Below are positions 38,711 through 49,418 of a stretch of 64,000 nucleotides of DNA, one piece after another. This DNA is from Candidatus Gottesmanbacteria bacterium. Its GTDB lineage: Bacteria > Patescibacteriota > Microgenomatia > UBA10105 > UBA927. A program made the position numbers and the translations under genes. Numbering within the stretch: the stretch's first letter is position 1; each line of letters starts with the position of its first letter. The stretch is taken from positions 619,282 to 683,281 of the forward strand of contig JAHFKK010000001.1 in NCBI GenBank assembly GCA_023245335.1, read 5' to 3'. The notes beneath the pieces were generated by a model that saw nothing but the letters and a program-made list of their open reading frames with translations, made no database searches and was not told the DNA's origin.

Positions 38711-39966
38711 GGCGCATAATTTCTCACTTCAGAAAAGCCGCGTCTCATCCTCTCGCGAAAGGAAGCGCCATAGTTTTCGCCGGAACGATGGTCGCAAACG
38801 CAGGAGCGTATCTCTACCATCTCGTCGTCGGGCGGATATTGGGTCCTGCTCAATACGGGGAACTAGCGGCTCTTCTCTCGCTGTCGTATATATTAAATGT
38901 CCCCTCTATTGTATTACAGACCGTTGTCACGAGATTTGTCGCAGAACACGCGGCAAAAAAATCGTATGGCGATATCCGTGCGTTGGTGCTGAGACTGACG
39001 GCTTTCTTGTTGGTCGCGGGCGCCTTGTGTTTGCTCGGATTGATTTTCGCTGCGCCATATATCGCCAGTTTCCTTCACATAAAAGACACGCTTGTCATTT
39101 TTTTCCTTGTCACCGGTATTGTCGTCAGCATGGTAGGCATAGTATTTTCCAGCGTTCTTCAGGGTACTCAGCGGTTTACTGCAAGCGTCGTGATAACCAA
39201 CATGAATTCATTATTACGTCTGGCGGCAGGCGCTATAGCAGCTTGGTACGGAGTGGCGGCGACATTGGGAGCGAATATGGCGGCAGCTGTTGTCGGTACG
39301 CTCATGACTCTTTGGATCATCCGATTGGTTATCCGAAATACGGAAAAAGCTAAAATGACTTCGCTTAAGCCTCTTTTCCGGTCGAGTGTCACGACGTTTT
39401 TGGCAATCCTGGGAATAAGCATCCTCAATAGTCAGGATGTCGTCGTGGTAAAGCACTTTTTGCCCGCGTTGCAGTCGGGATGGTATGGCGCTCTCGCCAC
39501 GATGGGCAAAATAATCTTTTTTGCATGCTATTCTTTTATGTTTGTGCTGTTGCCGATTGTATCTGACCGATCTGCACGCGGGGCGAAGTCCGGAAGACTG
39601 GTGTATGTATCTGTTGCCGTCGTCGCGGTTCTTTCGGCCGGAATTACCTTGGGATTTTTTCTGCTTCCCAAACTCGCGCTTGGCTTGTTATACGGGTCAG
39701 CATTTATAGCTGCCGCTCCTTATTTGGGCTTATTCGGACTTTTTAGCTCACTCTATACAATTTCCTATACGATCGTGATTGCGCTTTTGGGACTCGGGAA
39801 ATTTTCGGTGTGGATGATCCTTATCGCGGCAGCAATAATACAAGATGTGTTGTTATCCTATTTCCATGCCGGTATCTCTTCAGTCATATGGGTGAATATC
39901 ATGGTGACTGCAACACTCGTCGTTGCACTTTTGTTATACTATCGCCATGCAGTCAAAGAACATTAA
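38671..39966 (+). CDS. Polysaccharide biosynthesis protein / Wzx-like flippase
   Basis: 431 aa with about 12 TM helices. The start is uncertain. A GTG at 38707 that overlaps the upstream stop as 'GTGA' is an alternative. Confidence 0.62.
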   Translation: MVATGESHKGERVRRIISHFRKAASHPLAKGSAIVFAGTMVANAGAYLYHLVVGRILGPAQYGELAALLSLSYILNVPSIVLQTVVTRFVAEHAAKKSYGDIRALVLRLTAFLLVAGALCLLGLIFAAPYIASFLHIKDTLVIFFLVTGIVVSMVGIVFSSVLQGTQRFTASVVITNMNSLLRLAAGAIAAWYGVAATLGANMAAAVVGTLMTLWIIRLVIRNTEKAKMTSLKPLFRSSVTTFLAILGISILNSQDVVVVKHFLPALQSGWYGALATMGKIIFFACYSFMFVLLPIVSDRSARGAKSGRLVYVSVAVVAVLSAGITLGFFLLPKLALGLLYGSAFIAAAPYLGLFGLFSSLYTISYTIVIALLGLGKFSVWMILIAAAIIQDVLLSYFHAGISSVIWVNIMVTATLVVALLLYYRHAVKEH

Positions 39967-40750
39967 ACTTCTGTCGCTTATAATTCCCGTCCATCATCAG
40001 GAGCGGACGATCCGGCGCCAGCTCCAGAATATTCTCGGTGAGCTTGAATTATTGCCGACACCATGTGAATTGATCGTTGTCGTCGATGGTATGGATGATC
40101 GCAGCTTCACTGAAGCAAATAAAATAAAATCTTCGCACCTTCTTGTTACCGGGTATCACACGAATCATGGAAAAGGGTATGCGGTCCGGTTCGGAATGGC
40201 AAAAAGTCACGGTGATGTCATCGGATTTATTGACGCGGGAGGGGACGTAAGCGAATTAGGCCTATCCATGATGCTGGAGCACTTCAAATGGTATAACGCG
40301 GACATCATTGTCGGAAGCAAGCGACACCCCGTATCGAAAGTACAATATCCGGTGGCGAGAAAGATTCTCTCGTGGGGATATCAACAACTTACGCGCGTTC
40401 TCTTCGGTCTGAATGTGCGGGACACGCAGGCCGGTATGAAGCTATACCGACGGTATGTTCTGGAAGATGTCTTGCCGCGCCTCGTGGTGAAAGAATTTGC
40501 ATTTGATATCGAGATACTGGCTGTCGCATACCATTTGGGATATACACGCATTTATGAGGCGCCTATTATGCTTGACTTCAGCGGCGCCTCAAGCATCACG
40601 TCACTATCCGTTTGGAAGATAATATGGAATATGCTGTGGGATACATTCGCGGTCTTTTATCGGCTCCGGATCCTCCGTTATTATGACAACCTAAACAAAC
40701 GTAAATGGCGCTTTGATAAAGAACTCAATTTCAGCATTCCTGTTCCCTGA
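39923..40750 (+). CDS. GT2 glycosyltransferase
   Basis: 275 aa with 'LSLIIPVHHQERTI', 'VVVDGMDD' and 'FIDAGGD'. An alternative start is the Met at 39947. Confidence 0.65.
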   Translation: MHFCYTIAMQSKNIKLLSLIIPVHHQERTIRRQLQNILGELELLPTPCELIVVVDGMDDRSFTEANKIKSSHLLVTGYHTNHGKGYAVRFGMAKSHGDVIGFIDAGGDVSELGLSMMLEHFKWYNADIIVGSKRHPVSKVQYPVARKILSWGYQQLTRVLFGLNVRDTQAGMKLYRRYVLEDVLPRLVVKEFAFDIEILAVAYHLGYTRIYEAPIMLDFSGASSITSLSVWKIIWNMLWDTFAVFYRLRILRYYDNLNKRKWRFDKELNFSIPVP

Positions 40751-40797
40751 ATTCTTTCTTTTCCGATCGGACTAATTGGGGTATACTCATACGTTAT

Positions 40798-41823
40798 ATG
40801 AAGATCGTCATAACGGGGGGCGCAGGGTTTATCGGTAGCAATACCGCTTCATATTATCTTTCCCGAAAGGCAGATGTGGTGGTGTTTGATAATCTTGTTC
40901 GCCGCGGGACGGATAAAAACCTTTCCTGGTTAAAAAGCCTTGGCGGTAATTTGACGTTTGTGCGCGGTGATATTACGGACGTAAAGGACATGGGGAAACT
41001 CATACCTTTTTTCAGCAATGCTGATGCTGTCATCCACCTTGCCGCACAAGTCGCCGTTACGACGTCAGTTACTGATCCGCGTACTGATTTTGAGATCAAT
41101 GCACTCGGCACTTTTAACGCACTAGAAGCGATGCGGGCATCAGAGAGTAAGGCCAAATTCATTTATTCTTCTACCAACAAGGTCTATGGAGGGATGGATG
41201 ACATAAAGGTTGTCGAAAGAAAAAATCGGTATGCTTATGCGTCACTCCCGTACGGCGCAAGTGAATTGCAACCATTAGATTTCCATTCACCATATGGATG
41301 TTCGAAAGGGGCCGCTGATCAGTATGTTCACGATTACGGTCGGATATATGATCTGGATACGGTTGTCTTGCGGCAGTCCTGTATTTACGGGCCGAGGCAA
41401 TTCGGCGTGGAAGATCAAGGATGGGTAGCGTGGTTTATCATAGCAACGGCGCTCGGCAAGAAATTGACGATCTACGGCGATGGCAAGCAGGTACGTGATC
41501 TTTTATATGTTGAAGATTTGGTTCGAGCATATGATATGGCAATCCATGCGGGTGAGAACACGCGCGGAAAGATCTACAATATCGGTGGGGGAAACGATAA
41601 TACGTTGTCCGTATGGACGGAATTCGGTCCCTTACTGGAAAAATTATTCAAGAAAAAGCTTCAGGTTTCTTTTAGAGACTGGAGGCCGGGGGATCAGAAA
41701 ATATTTGTCGCCGATATCCGTAAGGCAAAGAAGGAATTCGGATGGTTTCCCCGAACGACTGTTCCCGAAGGCGTCTCCAAGCTCTTCTATTGGGTTACCG
41801 CCAACAAGCATCTTTTTGGTTAA
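40798..41823 (+). CDS. NAD-dependent epimerase, CDP-paratose 2-epimerase-like
   Basis: 341 aa with 'KIVITGGAGFIGSN', 'YSSTNKVYG' and the YxxxK motif 'YGCSKGAADQY'. Confidence 0.7.
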   Translation: MKIVITGGAGFIGSNTASYYLSRKADVVVFDNLVRRGTDKNLSWLKSLGGNLTFVRGDITDVKDMGKLIPFFSNADAVIHLAAQVAVTTSVTDPRTDFEINALGTFNALEAMRASESKAKFIYSSTNKVYGGMDDIKVVERKNRYAYASLPYGASELQPLDFHSPYGCSKGAADQYVHDYGRIYDLDTVVLRQSCIYGPRQFGVEDQGWVAWFIIATALGKKLTIYGDGKQVRDLLYVEDLVRAYDMAIHAGENTRGKIYNIGGGNDNTLSVWTEFGPLLEKLFKKKLQVSFRDWRPGDQKIFVADIRKAKKEFGWFPRTTVPEGVSKLFYWVTANKHLFG

Positions 41824-41826
41824 TTT

Positions 41827-42930
41827 ATGAATATTCTCATCCTCAACTGGAAGGATATAAAAAATCCTGATGTAGGCGGAGCTGAGATTATTTTGTACGA
41901 GTTGGCCAAGCGCCTCGTCAGAGAGGGTCACACTGTCACATGGTTTTGTCGGAGATTCGGTTTCGGGAAAAATACAGACATAATTGACGGTATACATATT
42001 ATCCGTCGGGGAAACAGGTTCACAGTCTATTGGGAAGCGTATCGGTATTATCAATCGCTCAAAAAGAAACCGGATAAGGTTCTGGACTGCATCAATACTA
42101 TTTGCTGGCAGACACCGCTTTACGTGCCAAACGAGAAACGGGTCGCGTATGTAAATCAGCTTGCGAAAGAAGTTTTTTTTTATGAGCTCCCGCCGGTTAT
42201 TTCTCATCTTGCATACTTCCTGGAACCTTTGGAATATCTCTTGTACCGCGGGACGCAATTCCTTTGTTACTCTGAAAGTGTCAAACGCGATATTGCTGGC
42301 ATCGGTATTCCGTCAGAGCACATTTCGACGTTTCCCATAGGCATTGATCACGCGAGGTATACGCCGGGGGTAAAGTCTAAAGATCCGCTATTCCTATTTG
42401 TCGCACGGCTCGCACGAATGAAGCGGCCGGACCTATGCATACGTGCGATGCGGCTGGTCGTAGATCATTATCCGAGTGCCAAACTAGCGATCGTTGGTTA
42501 CGGACCGATGGAAAGGGAACTGGATCGCTTGATACATTCCTGCAATTTGGAAAAGAACGTTACGTTGGTTAAAAAAGATGCACTTTTTTTTGATAAGCAC
42601 CCGAGTGATCAAAAAGTGAAACTTATGCAGCAGGCGTGGGCGCTTCTTTTGCCGTCAGTGAAAGAAGGATGGGGGATGGTGGTGACGGAAGCAGCGGCCT
42701 GTGGAACACTCTCTATTGTTACTCACGTAACTGGCCTTGTAGATTCGGTTATACATGATACAACTGGCATTGTGCTTTCTTCATCTCCAGATACACAAGA
42801 ATTAGCAGATGCAATGATTGACGTTATACAGTCTACGTCGCACAGAGGGACTTTGGCCCGCAACGCAGTTCGTCAGAGTCATATGTTTACCTGGGATAGA
42901 TCATACGATCTTTTTATGAAGTCGTTATGA
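41827..42930 (+). CDS. GT4 (group 1) glycosyltransferase
   Basis: 367 aa with 'MNILILNWKDIKNPDVGGAE' and 'EGWGMVVTEAAACG'. Confidence 0.7.
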   Translation: MNILILNWKDIKNPDVGGAEIILYELAKRLVREGHTVTWFCRRFGFGKNTDIIDGIHIIRRGNRFTVYWEAYRYYQSLKKKPDKVLDCINTICWQTPLYVPNEKRVAYVNQLAKEVFFYELPPVISHLAYFLEPLEYLLYRGTQFLCYSESVKRDIAGIGIPSEHISTFPIGIDHARYTPGVKSKDPLFLFVARLARMKRPDLCIRAMRLVVDHYPSAKLAIVGYGPMERELDRLIHSCNLEKNVTLVKKDALFFDKHPSDQKVKLMQQAWALLLPSVKEGWGMVVTEAAACGTLSIVTHVTGLVDSVIHDTTGIVLSSSPDTQELADAMIDVIQSTSHRGTLARNAVRQSHMFTWDRSYDLFMKSL

Positions 42931-43760
42931 AACAATCGCGCGTTTCGATTATCATTCCTGCTAAGAATTCGGCTACGATGCTTTCCGCATGTCTACAAAG
43001 TATTGCGGGGCAATCATACGAGGACATTGAAATTATTATCGTTGACAGTAATTCCGCTGATGGGACCAAAGCGTTGGCAAAAAAATACGGTGCGATTCTC
43101 ATGCAATATGTCCCGAAGGTACCGAAAGGAACATTTGATGCTCCCTATAAGCGAAATTATGGAGTTGCTCATGCGCACGGAACATATGTGTACATCGTGG
43201 ATGCAGATATGGAATTGCCCAAAGGACTCATAGCTGAAGCTGTGAAATTGTGTGAAAAAGGAGCAGATGCGGTGATTCTCCCTGAAGATTCATTCGGTAT
43301 CGGACCTTGGGCTCGCGCAAAGAATCTGGAACGACAATGTTACTGGGGGGACGATACGATAGAGGCTCCACGTTTTTTCAAGAAATCCGTTTGGCACGAT
43401 TTTGGCGGATTAGATGAGTCACTGGGCGGCGGCGGGGATGATTGGGATATGTATGAGAAACTGAAGTATGAAGGGTACCACGTTATGCGGACAAAACTCA
43501 AAGTCGCTCATAATGAAGGGAAATTACACCTATGGGCCCTGATGAGGAAGCGATTTATGTACGGTAGAGATTCCGTACAATACATTCGTAAGAGACCAAT
43601 CGCCGGATTTGTCAGTTACTTCCCGGTACGGAAAGCTTATATTAAAAACTGGAGATTATTTATAAGTAGACCGAAGGACTCTGTTTACTTTATAATCATG
43701 AGATCCGCAGAGTATTTGGCTGGTCTAAGTGGAATTATATTTTCGTATATTATTAAATGA
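42927..43760 (+). CDS. GT2 glycosyltransferase
   Basis: 277 aa with 'VSIIIPAKNSATML', 'IVDSNSADGT' and 'VDADMEL'. ATGA overlap with the upstream GT4. Confidence 0.7.
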   Translation: MKQSRVSIIIPAKNSATMLSACLQSIAGQSYEDIEIIIVDSNSADGTKALAKKYGAILMQYVPKVPKGTFDAPYKRNYGVAHAHGTYVYIVDADMELPKGLIAEAVKLCEKGADAVILPEDSFGIGPWARAKNLERQCYWGDDTIEAPRFFKKSVWHDFGGLDESLGGGGDDWDMYEKLKYEGYHVMRTKLKVAHNEGKLHLWALMRKRFMYGRDSVQYIRKRPIAGFVSYFPVRKAYIKNWRLFISRPKDSVYFIIMRSAEYLAGLSGIIFSYIIK

Positions 43761-44734
43761 ATATTTTTTGGAAAAACAAACGAGTATTAGTAACTGGCGG
43801 AGCCGGATTTATTGGCTCACATGTTGTCAAAGAATTGGTAAAAAGAGAATCTAAAGTAACGATTGTCATATCTCCAAAAACTTCGATTGTTCATCTAAAG
43901 CTTTTATATGGTCCGATATTAGACTTGATAAGTGTTAAGAAAGCCGATTTATTGGTTTTTACTCAATTTCTAAAGGTGACGAAAACACAGGAAATCGTAC
44001 TAAATTTTGCTGCGCTGGATGGAGGAGCCGAATTTAAGCAAATTAACGAAACTGAAATTTTTAGGATAAATACTCAGTTAATATTAAATCTACTTGAGAG
44101 CAGTAGAATAAATAAGATCGACAGAGTTTTGATCATGAGTTCTATAGACATATATCCTAATGACCTTAAATTTCCCATTAAAGAAGAACATGCACATCTA
44201 AATGATTTCGTCGAAAATATTAGTGGTTACAGGTGGTCAAAACGAATAGCAGAAATTGCGGCCAATCTTTACTATCGCAAGTACGGTTTGAAAATAGCTA
44301 TCGTTAGGGCGGGAAACGTTTACGGTGAAGATGATTATACGGGTATAGCTAAAAAAAGAATTATTCCAACCTTTATCAATGCTGCATTAGAGGATAAGGA
44401 CATAATAATTTGGGGAAATACGGATCTAAAAAAATCTTATCTGTACATTTCGGATTTGTCTAAAGCGCTACTTGATGCGATTGAGAAATATCCAGTCGGC
44501 GAACCCATCAATATTGCAAGTTCAGAATATGTTTCGTTAATAGATCTCGTAAAATTAATACTTAAACTTACACACGGAAAGAGCAAAATTATTCATAAAA
44601 TTAGCACTGTCCCAATTAAGGGCCTATTTAAACAATCTATATCATCAAATAAAGCACTACGCGTTTTGGGATGGAAACCAAAAATCTCATTAGCAAAGGG
44701 CTTACAAAAGACGATCGAAAGTTTTCGTTCATAG
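43757..44734 (+). CDS. Divergent SDR-family NAD(P)-dependent sugar epimerase/reductase (low-GC island)
   Basis: 325 aa with 'VLVTGGAGFIGSHVV' and the YxxxK motif 'YRWSK'. Codon usage is AT-rich. Confidence 0.55.
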   Translation: MNIFWKNKRVLVTGGAGFIGSHVVKELVKRESKVTIVISPKTSIVHLKLLYGPILDLISVKKADLLVFTQFLKVTKTQEIVLNFAALDGGAEFKQINETEIFRINTQLILNLLESSRINKIDRVLIMSSIDIYPNDLKFPIKEEHAHLNDFVENISGYRWSKRIAEIAANLYYRKYGLKIAIVRAGNVYGEDDYTGIAKKRIIPTFINAALEDKDIIIWGNTDLKKSYLYISDLSKALLDAIEKYPVGEPINIASSEYVSLIDLVKLILKLTHGKSKIIHKISTVPIKGLFKQSISSNKALRVLGWKPKISLAKGLQKTIESFRS

Positions 44735-44793
44735 TTGCGTACTCGTTATATTCGTAATCATACGTATAAATGTATTTGTTATAATGCGATGTT

Positions 44794-45738
44794 ATGAGAA
44801 GCTATTTTAAAAATAAACGTATATTAGTTACAGGTGGCATGGGATTTCTCGGTACGAACGTAGTAAACAAATTACTACAAAAGGGTGTAAACAGAGATAA
44901 CATTATTATTCCTAGATCATCTGACTACGATTTGCGAAATGCCACCAATGTCAAAAAAGTTGTTAAAAATATTGATGTAATTATCCACTTAGCTGCAAAA
45001 GTCGGTGGAATAGGCTTTAACAAAGAGCATCCAGCTGAAATGTTCTATGACAACTTAATTATGGGTATAGAACTGATGCATCAGGCGTATCTGGCGCACG
45101 TCCAAAAATTTGTTGCGGTAGGAACAATATGTTGTTATCCCAAATACACTAAAGTGCCTTTTAAAGAGGAGAATTTATGGGACGGGTATCCAGAAGAAAC
45201 AAACGCGCCATATGGTCTTGCTAAAAAAATGCTTCTGGTCCAATCTCAGGCGTACAGGCAGCAATACGGATTTAACGCGATTTTTCTCTTGCCAGTAAAT
45301 TTGTACGGATGCGGTGATAACTTCAACCCGGATTCTTCACACGTCATCCCGGCATTAGTTAAAAAGTTTTTTGATGCTAAGACGAAGGGACTTGCGAAAG
45401 TAGACGTTTGGGGCACAGGAAGGGCAACAAGAGAGTTTCTCTATGTCGAGGATGCAGCGAAAGCAATAATAATGGCAACTGAAAAATATAATAAGCCTGC
45501 ACCAATTAATATTGGAGCGGGTTTCGAGATATCGATCAAAGAATTAGCATATACGATCGCGAAAATTATTGGTTATAAAGGAAAGATAGTTTGGGATACG
45601 ACGAAGCCGGATGGGCAGCCCAGAAGAATGTTAGATACCGCCAAGGCACAAAAAGAGTTCGGTTTCAAAGCAACAACATCATTTGCTGAGGGGTTGAGGA
45701 AAACCATTACCTATTATGAAAAAGAATTTATTAGTTAA
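44794..45738 (+). CDS. fcl: GDP-L-fucose synthase (GDP-4-keto-6-deoxy-D-mannose 3,5-epimerase/4-reductase)
   Basis: 314 aa with 'RILVTGGMGFLGTNV', 'APYGLAKKMLLVQSQAYRQQYGFNAIFLLPVNLYG' and 'NPDSSHVIPALVKKF', which are hallmark Fcl segments. Confidence 0.85.
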   Translation: MRSYFKNKRILVTGGMGFLGTNVVNKLLQKGVNRDNIIIPRSSDYDLRNATNVKKVVKNIDVIIHLAAKVGGIGFNKEHPAEMFYDNLIMGIELMHQAYLAHVQKFVAVGTICCYPKYTKVPFKEENLWDGYPEETNAPYGLAKKMLLVQSQAYRQQYGFNAIFLLPVNLYGCGDNFNPDSSHVIPALVKKFFDAKTKGLAKVDVWGTGRATREFLYVEDAAKAIIMATEKYNKPAPINIGAGFEISIKELAYTIAKIIGYKGKIVWDTTKPDGQPRRMLDTAKAQKEFGFKATTSFAEGLRKTITYYEKEFIS

Positions 45739-46348
45739 GTTCGGACAATATAAATGTGATATTTTCCATAAGTTGAACTTTTCGTTCAAAAGAGGCAATA
45801 GTATTCTTGATGTCGGATGCGGCGACGGCGTTGATGCTGAAATATTCATCAAAGTGTACGGTCTGAAAGTGTATGCCCTCGATGTTTTCAAGCACGAAAA
45901 CATACGAAATATTAAAAGTCTCAAATTTACGAAGGGGAGCATATTCAAATTGCCGTTTGAGGACAAGAGATTTGATTATGTTTTTATACATGACGTCCTG
46001 CATCATATCGACGAAAAGACTCAAAGCACGAGTAAACACCTGAAAGCACTTGCTGAGTTAGAAAGGGTTTGTAAAAAGGGAGGGACCGTTATCATCATTG
46101 AGGCCAACAGGTTTAATCCTCTTACATACCCTCATATGGTTTTGATGATGGGGCACAACCATTTTCGGCAGAGTTATTTCGTTTACCTGTTAAATAAAGC
46201 ATTTGTACGATGTAGGTTTAAATACTTTGAAGCACATTTTTATCCACAAAGCTTTCTTGGACTATTCAAAGTGTATGAAAAATTTATGGAATTGCAGCCC
46301 TTTAAAGGGATTTTAAATTATAATACCGCATTCATTGAGGCTCGATAA
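45716..46348 (+). CDS. Class I SAM-dependent methyltransferase
   Basis: 210 aa with motif I 'ILDVGCGDGVDA' and motif 'FIHDVLHHI'. Confidence 0.6.
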   Translation: MKKNLLVKFGQYKCDIFHKLNFSFKRGNSILDVGCGDGVDAEIFIKVYGLKVYALDVFKHENIRNIKSLKFTKGSIFKLPFEDKRFDYVFIHDVLHHIDEKTQSTSKHLKALAELERVCKKGGTVIIIEANRFNPLTYPHMVLMMGHNHFRQSYFVYLLNKAFVRCRFKYFEAHFYPQSFLGLFKVYEKFMELQPFKGILNYNTAFIEAR

Positions 46349-46403
46349 ACTTTTTTACCCTGAATAAGAAGGTTCCAATAATTCGTAAACAAATCAACAT
46401 AAA

Positions 46404-47558
46404 ATGTATTTACAGAATAAGAGAATTGTTATCGTGTCGCATGAATATGCTACTGGACCTTCACATTCCTTAGAGGACTATCTTAGTTCTAAAGTAAAAA
46501 ACCTTCTTTTTATCGGCCATCCTTTTGTTTTTGCGCATGACACTAGGTCACATTATCGATTATATACGCATGGGGTTACGACACCGGTACGTAACCGATT
46601 CATATCGTTCAGCCAGAACCAAATAATCAGCATAATGAAGGATATCGTGCTGACCGTTATTTGGGTTCTAAACAACGGCAAATTCGATATATATGTTGGA
46701 GTTGATAATGTAAATACATTTGTAGGCATTTTTCTGAGAAAGATCGGGGTTGTTAAAAAGGTCGTATTTTATACAATTGACTATGTACCATTTAGGTTTA
46801 CCAACAAATTGCTAAATAGACTTTATCATAACCTCGACGTGTACGGAGTAAGACACAGCAATATCGTTTGGAACCTGTCGTCGTCAATGGTTGATGGCAG
46901 AGAAAAAGCCGGTCTTGAAAAAGCATTCAGATATAAACAAATCGTAGTTCCCGTCGGCACAGAAAGCAATGTCAAAGACGTCCCCCGGAAAAAAATTAAA
47001 AGATTTCATGTCGTACATATGGGGCATCTGATTAAAAAACAGGGGATTCAGCTGGTTATTGAGGCTATTCCGCTTATTATCAAGAAAATTCCGGAATTTC
47101 ACTTTGATATTATCGGCGGAGGTGACTACGAGGACTATTTGAAGGCATTAGCTCAAAAGTTAGGGGTGTCAAAGTACATTACATTTTACGGGTACATACA
47201 GAGTCATCAGGAAATAGAAAGAATGCTTTCTTATTGCGCTGTCGGGATAGCGCCGTACGTAGATAGCCCGGACAGTTACGTGAGATATGCAGACCCAGGC
47301 AAGGTAAAAGCCTATCTCGCAGCAAGTTTGCCTATAATAATAACCCGGGTCACCCCAATGGCGCATGAGATAGAAAGAAATAGATGTGGTATTTCTATAC
47401 CTTATGACAAAAAAATACTGGTAAAAGCCATCACTACATTGTTATCGGATGATAAGTTATTGTCGGAATTTAGACGCAATTCAAAGGCTATGGCAAAAGA
47501 GTATAGCTGGAACAAAGTTTTTGATCGGGCGATGGAAATTACTCTGCGCGCGGTCTAA
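46404..47558 (+). CDS. GT4-like glycosyltransferase (paralogue of 49419..50699)
   Basis: 384 aa. The GT-B C-terminal domain carries 'HVVHMGHL...GIQLVIEA' and 'AVGIAPYVDS'. The N-domain resembles the downstream paralogue. Confidence 0.65.
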   Translation: MYLQNKRIVIVSHEYATGPSHSLEDYLSSKVKNLLFIGHPFVFAHDTRSHYRLYTHGVTTPVRNRFISFSQNQIISIMKDIVLTVIWVLNNGKFDIYVGVDNVNTFVGIFLRKIGVVKKVVFYTIDYVPFRFTNKLLNRLYHNLDVYGVRHSNIVWNLSSSMVDGREKAGLEKAFRYKQIVVPVGTESNVKDVPRKKIKRFHVVHMGHLIKKQGIQLVIEAIPLIIKKIPEFHFDIIGGGDYEDYLKALAQKLGVSKYITFYGYIQSHQEIERMLSYCAVGIAPYVDSPDSYVRYADPGKVKAYLAASLPIIITRVTPMAHEIERNRCGISIPYDKKILVKAITTLLSDDKLLSEFRRNSKAMAKEYSWNKVFDRAMEITLRAV

Positions 47559-47565
47559 TTTTGTA

Positions 47566-47574
47566 TGCTATAAT
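47566..47574 (+). promoter_or_regulatory. Candidate extended -10 promoter element (TGcTATAAT) in a 128 nt intergenic gap
   Basis: The sequence 'tgctataat' lies about 112 nt upstream of the 47687 start. A Shine-Dalgarno 'aaggag' at 47676..47681 sits 5 nt before the ATG. Confidence 0.25.
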
Positions 47575-47686
47575 AATTTTCGTTCACAATCTCAAAATCT
47601 ATTTACGATAACGAGGTATATTCGTTTATCCCTACCCTATAGTTTAGATATTTAGACCTTTTGTGTTATCAATTTAAGGAGAATAT

Positions 47687-48349
47687 ATGTTTCAGAAAAT
47701 AAAGAATTACATTATAGAACATAGAGCTCAGGATCTATATTACTTGTGGACCTTATCCAAAGAGCTTTCCGGAGCAAAATCGGTCCTGGATGTAGGATGC
47801 GGTTATGATTCACCTCTGGCTAAGCTACGCAAATCGTTTACCAGCGAAGGAATCGATATTTTTAGGAGCAACATAATTCTAAGCAGGAAAAATCATATGC
47901 ATGACAGACATAAACTTGGAGATATTCGGAAGTTATCCCAAATTTATAAGTCGAATAGTTTTGACGCGGTAATAGCGCTTGACGTAATTGAACACGTGAC
48001 AAAAAAGGAAGCAATCAAACTGATTAAAAGTTGTGAGCAAATCGCCAGAAAGAAAGTTATATTGGTGACTCCAAACGGTTATTATGAACAGGGAGAATTA
48101 TTTCATAATCCTTATCAGGCTCATCATTCTGGTTGGGATAAGGAGACCTTAAGAAAATTGGGTTATCGAGTAAACGGTTTACGAGGTTTTAAATATTTAT
48201 GGGGTAAGAACGCGGATATAAAATATAAACCATGGTTATTTTGGGGATTTGTGACATTTATGTCACAATTTTTGTTTTATTATATTCCGGCCTTGTCATT
48301 TGATCTTTTGGCTACTAAGAATATCGTTAAAAGCGAGATCAGAGAGTGA
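47687..48349 (+). CDS. Class I SAM-dependent methyltransferase
   Basis: 220 aa with motif I '[13 protein letters not shown]' and '[11 protein letters not shown]'. Confidence 0.6.
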   Translation: MFQKIKNYIIEHRAQDLYYLWTLSKELSGAKSVLDVGCGYDSPLAKLRKSFTSEGIDIFRSNIILSRKNHMHDRHKLGDIRKLSQIYKSNSFDAVIALDVIEHVTKKEAIKLIKSCEQIARKKVILVTPNGYYEQGELFHNPYQAHHSGWDKETLRKLGYRVNGLRGFKYLWGKNADIKYKPWLFWGFVTFMSQFLFYYIPALSFDLLATKNIVKSEIRE

Positions 48350-49413
48350 TACAAATAATGAAAAAGATTCTCATAACCGGTTCCGCGGGTCTAATTGGAT
48401 CTGAAGCCGTCAGATTTTTTTGCAACAAAGGATACGAAGTCATTGGCGTAGATAACAACATGAGACAATTTTATTTCGGCAAGGAAGCGAGCACCAAATG
48501 GAATGAACAATTACTAGAGGCGAAGTATCCTAAACAGTATCGAAATTATAGCGTCGATATCCGTGATGAAAAGCGAATTGCAAAAATATTTCAAAAAAAC
48601 GCCATTGATATGATTATTCACACCGCTGCACAGCCTTCTCACGATTGGGCGGCCAAGGAACCGATAACAGATTTTACCGTAAATGCACTTGGCACCTTGG
48701 TGCTATTAGAAAATTATAGAAAATATTGCCCAGAAGCAGTATTTATTTTCACCTCCACGAACAAAGTATATGGGGATATGCCAAACTTATTGCCATTGAT
48801 AGAGCAGGATTCTCGTTTTGAACTTCCTCGGACTCATCATTTCTATAAGGGTATAAACGAAACGATGAGCATAGATAATTCTAAGCATAGTATTTTTGGC
48901 GTATCAAAAGCATCGGCAGATTTATTAGTACAGGAGTATGGAAGATATTTTGGTTTAAAGACGGGCGTCTTCCGCTGTGGTTGTTTAACAGGCCCGGCGC
49001 ATTCAGGCACGCAACTCCATGGATTTTTAGCATATTTGGTTAAATGTATTAAAACGGGCAAAACATATACAATTTATGGTTATAAAGGTAAGCAAGTTCG
49101 AGATAATATTCATTCATATGATCTAGTTAATGCATTTTACTATTTTTATAAAAACCCATCATCCGGCGCCGTTTATAATATGGGAGGCTCAAGGCACTCG
49201 AACGTGTCTATACTCGAAGCCATAAAGAAAATCGAGAGAGGGCTTGATAAAAAAGGCAAGTTTCATTATTCGAATACCAACAGATCGGGGGATCATATCT
49301 GGTATATATCAGATGTTTCCAAGTTTCAAAAAAAATACCCCAAATGGAAATATAAATACGGCATTGACGAAATAATCGATGAACTTTGTATTGGCGTACA
49401 TACAGGGGAATAA
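48346..49413 (+). CDS. NAD-dependent epimerase/dehydratase, CDP-paratose 2-epimerase-like
   Basis: 355 aa with '[14 protein letters not shown]', '[10 protein letters not shown]' and the YxxxK motif '[10 protein letters not shown]'. Confidence 0.7.
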   Translation: MIQIMKKILITGSAGLIGSEAVRFFCNKGYEVIGVDNNMRQFYFGKEASTKWNEQLLEAKYPKQYRNYSVDIRDEKRIAKIFQKNAIDMIIHTAAQPSHDWAAKEPITDFTVNALGTLVLLENYRKYCPEAVFIFTSTNKVYGDMPNLLPLIEQDSRFELPRTHHFYKGINETMSIDNSKHSIFGVSKASADLLVQEYGRYFGLKTGVFRCGCLTGPAHSGTQLHGFLAYLVKCIKTGKTYTIYGYKGKQVRDNIHSYDLVNAFYYFYKNPSSGAVYNMGGSRHSNVSILEAIKKIERGLDKKGKFHYSNTNRSGDHIWYISDVSKFQKKYPKWKYKYGIDEIIDELCIGVHTGE

Positions 49414-49418
49414 CGCTC

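Noticed and set aside
41644-42258. 204 aa antisense ORF opposite the GT4 gene at 41827
   Set aside because: It has no recognisable domain and is embedded in a gene with clear GT4 motifs. It is most likely a chance ORF in AT-balanced sequence.
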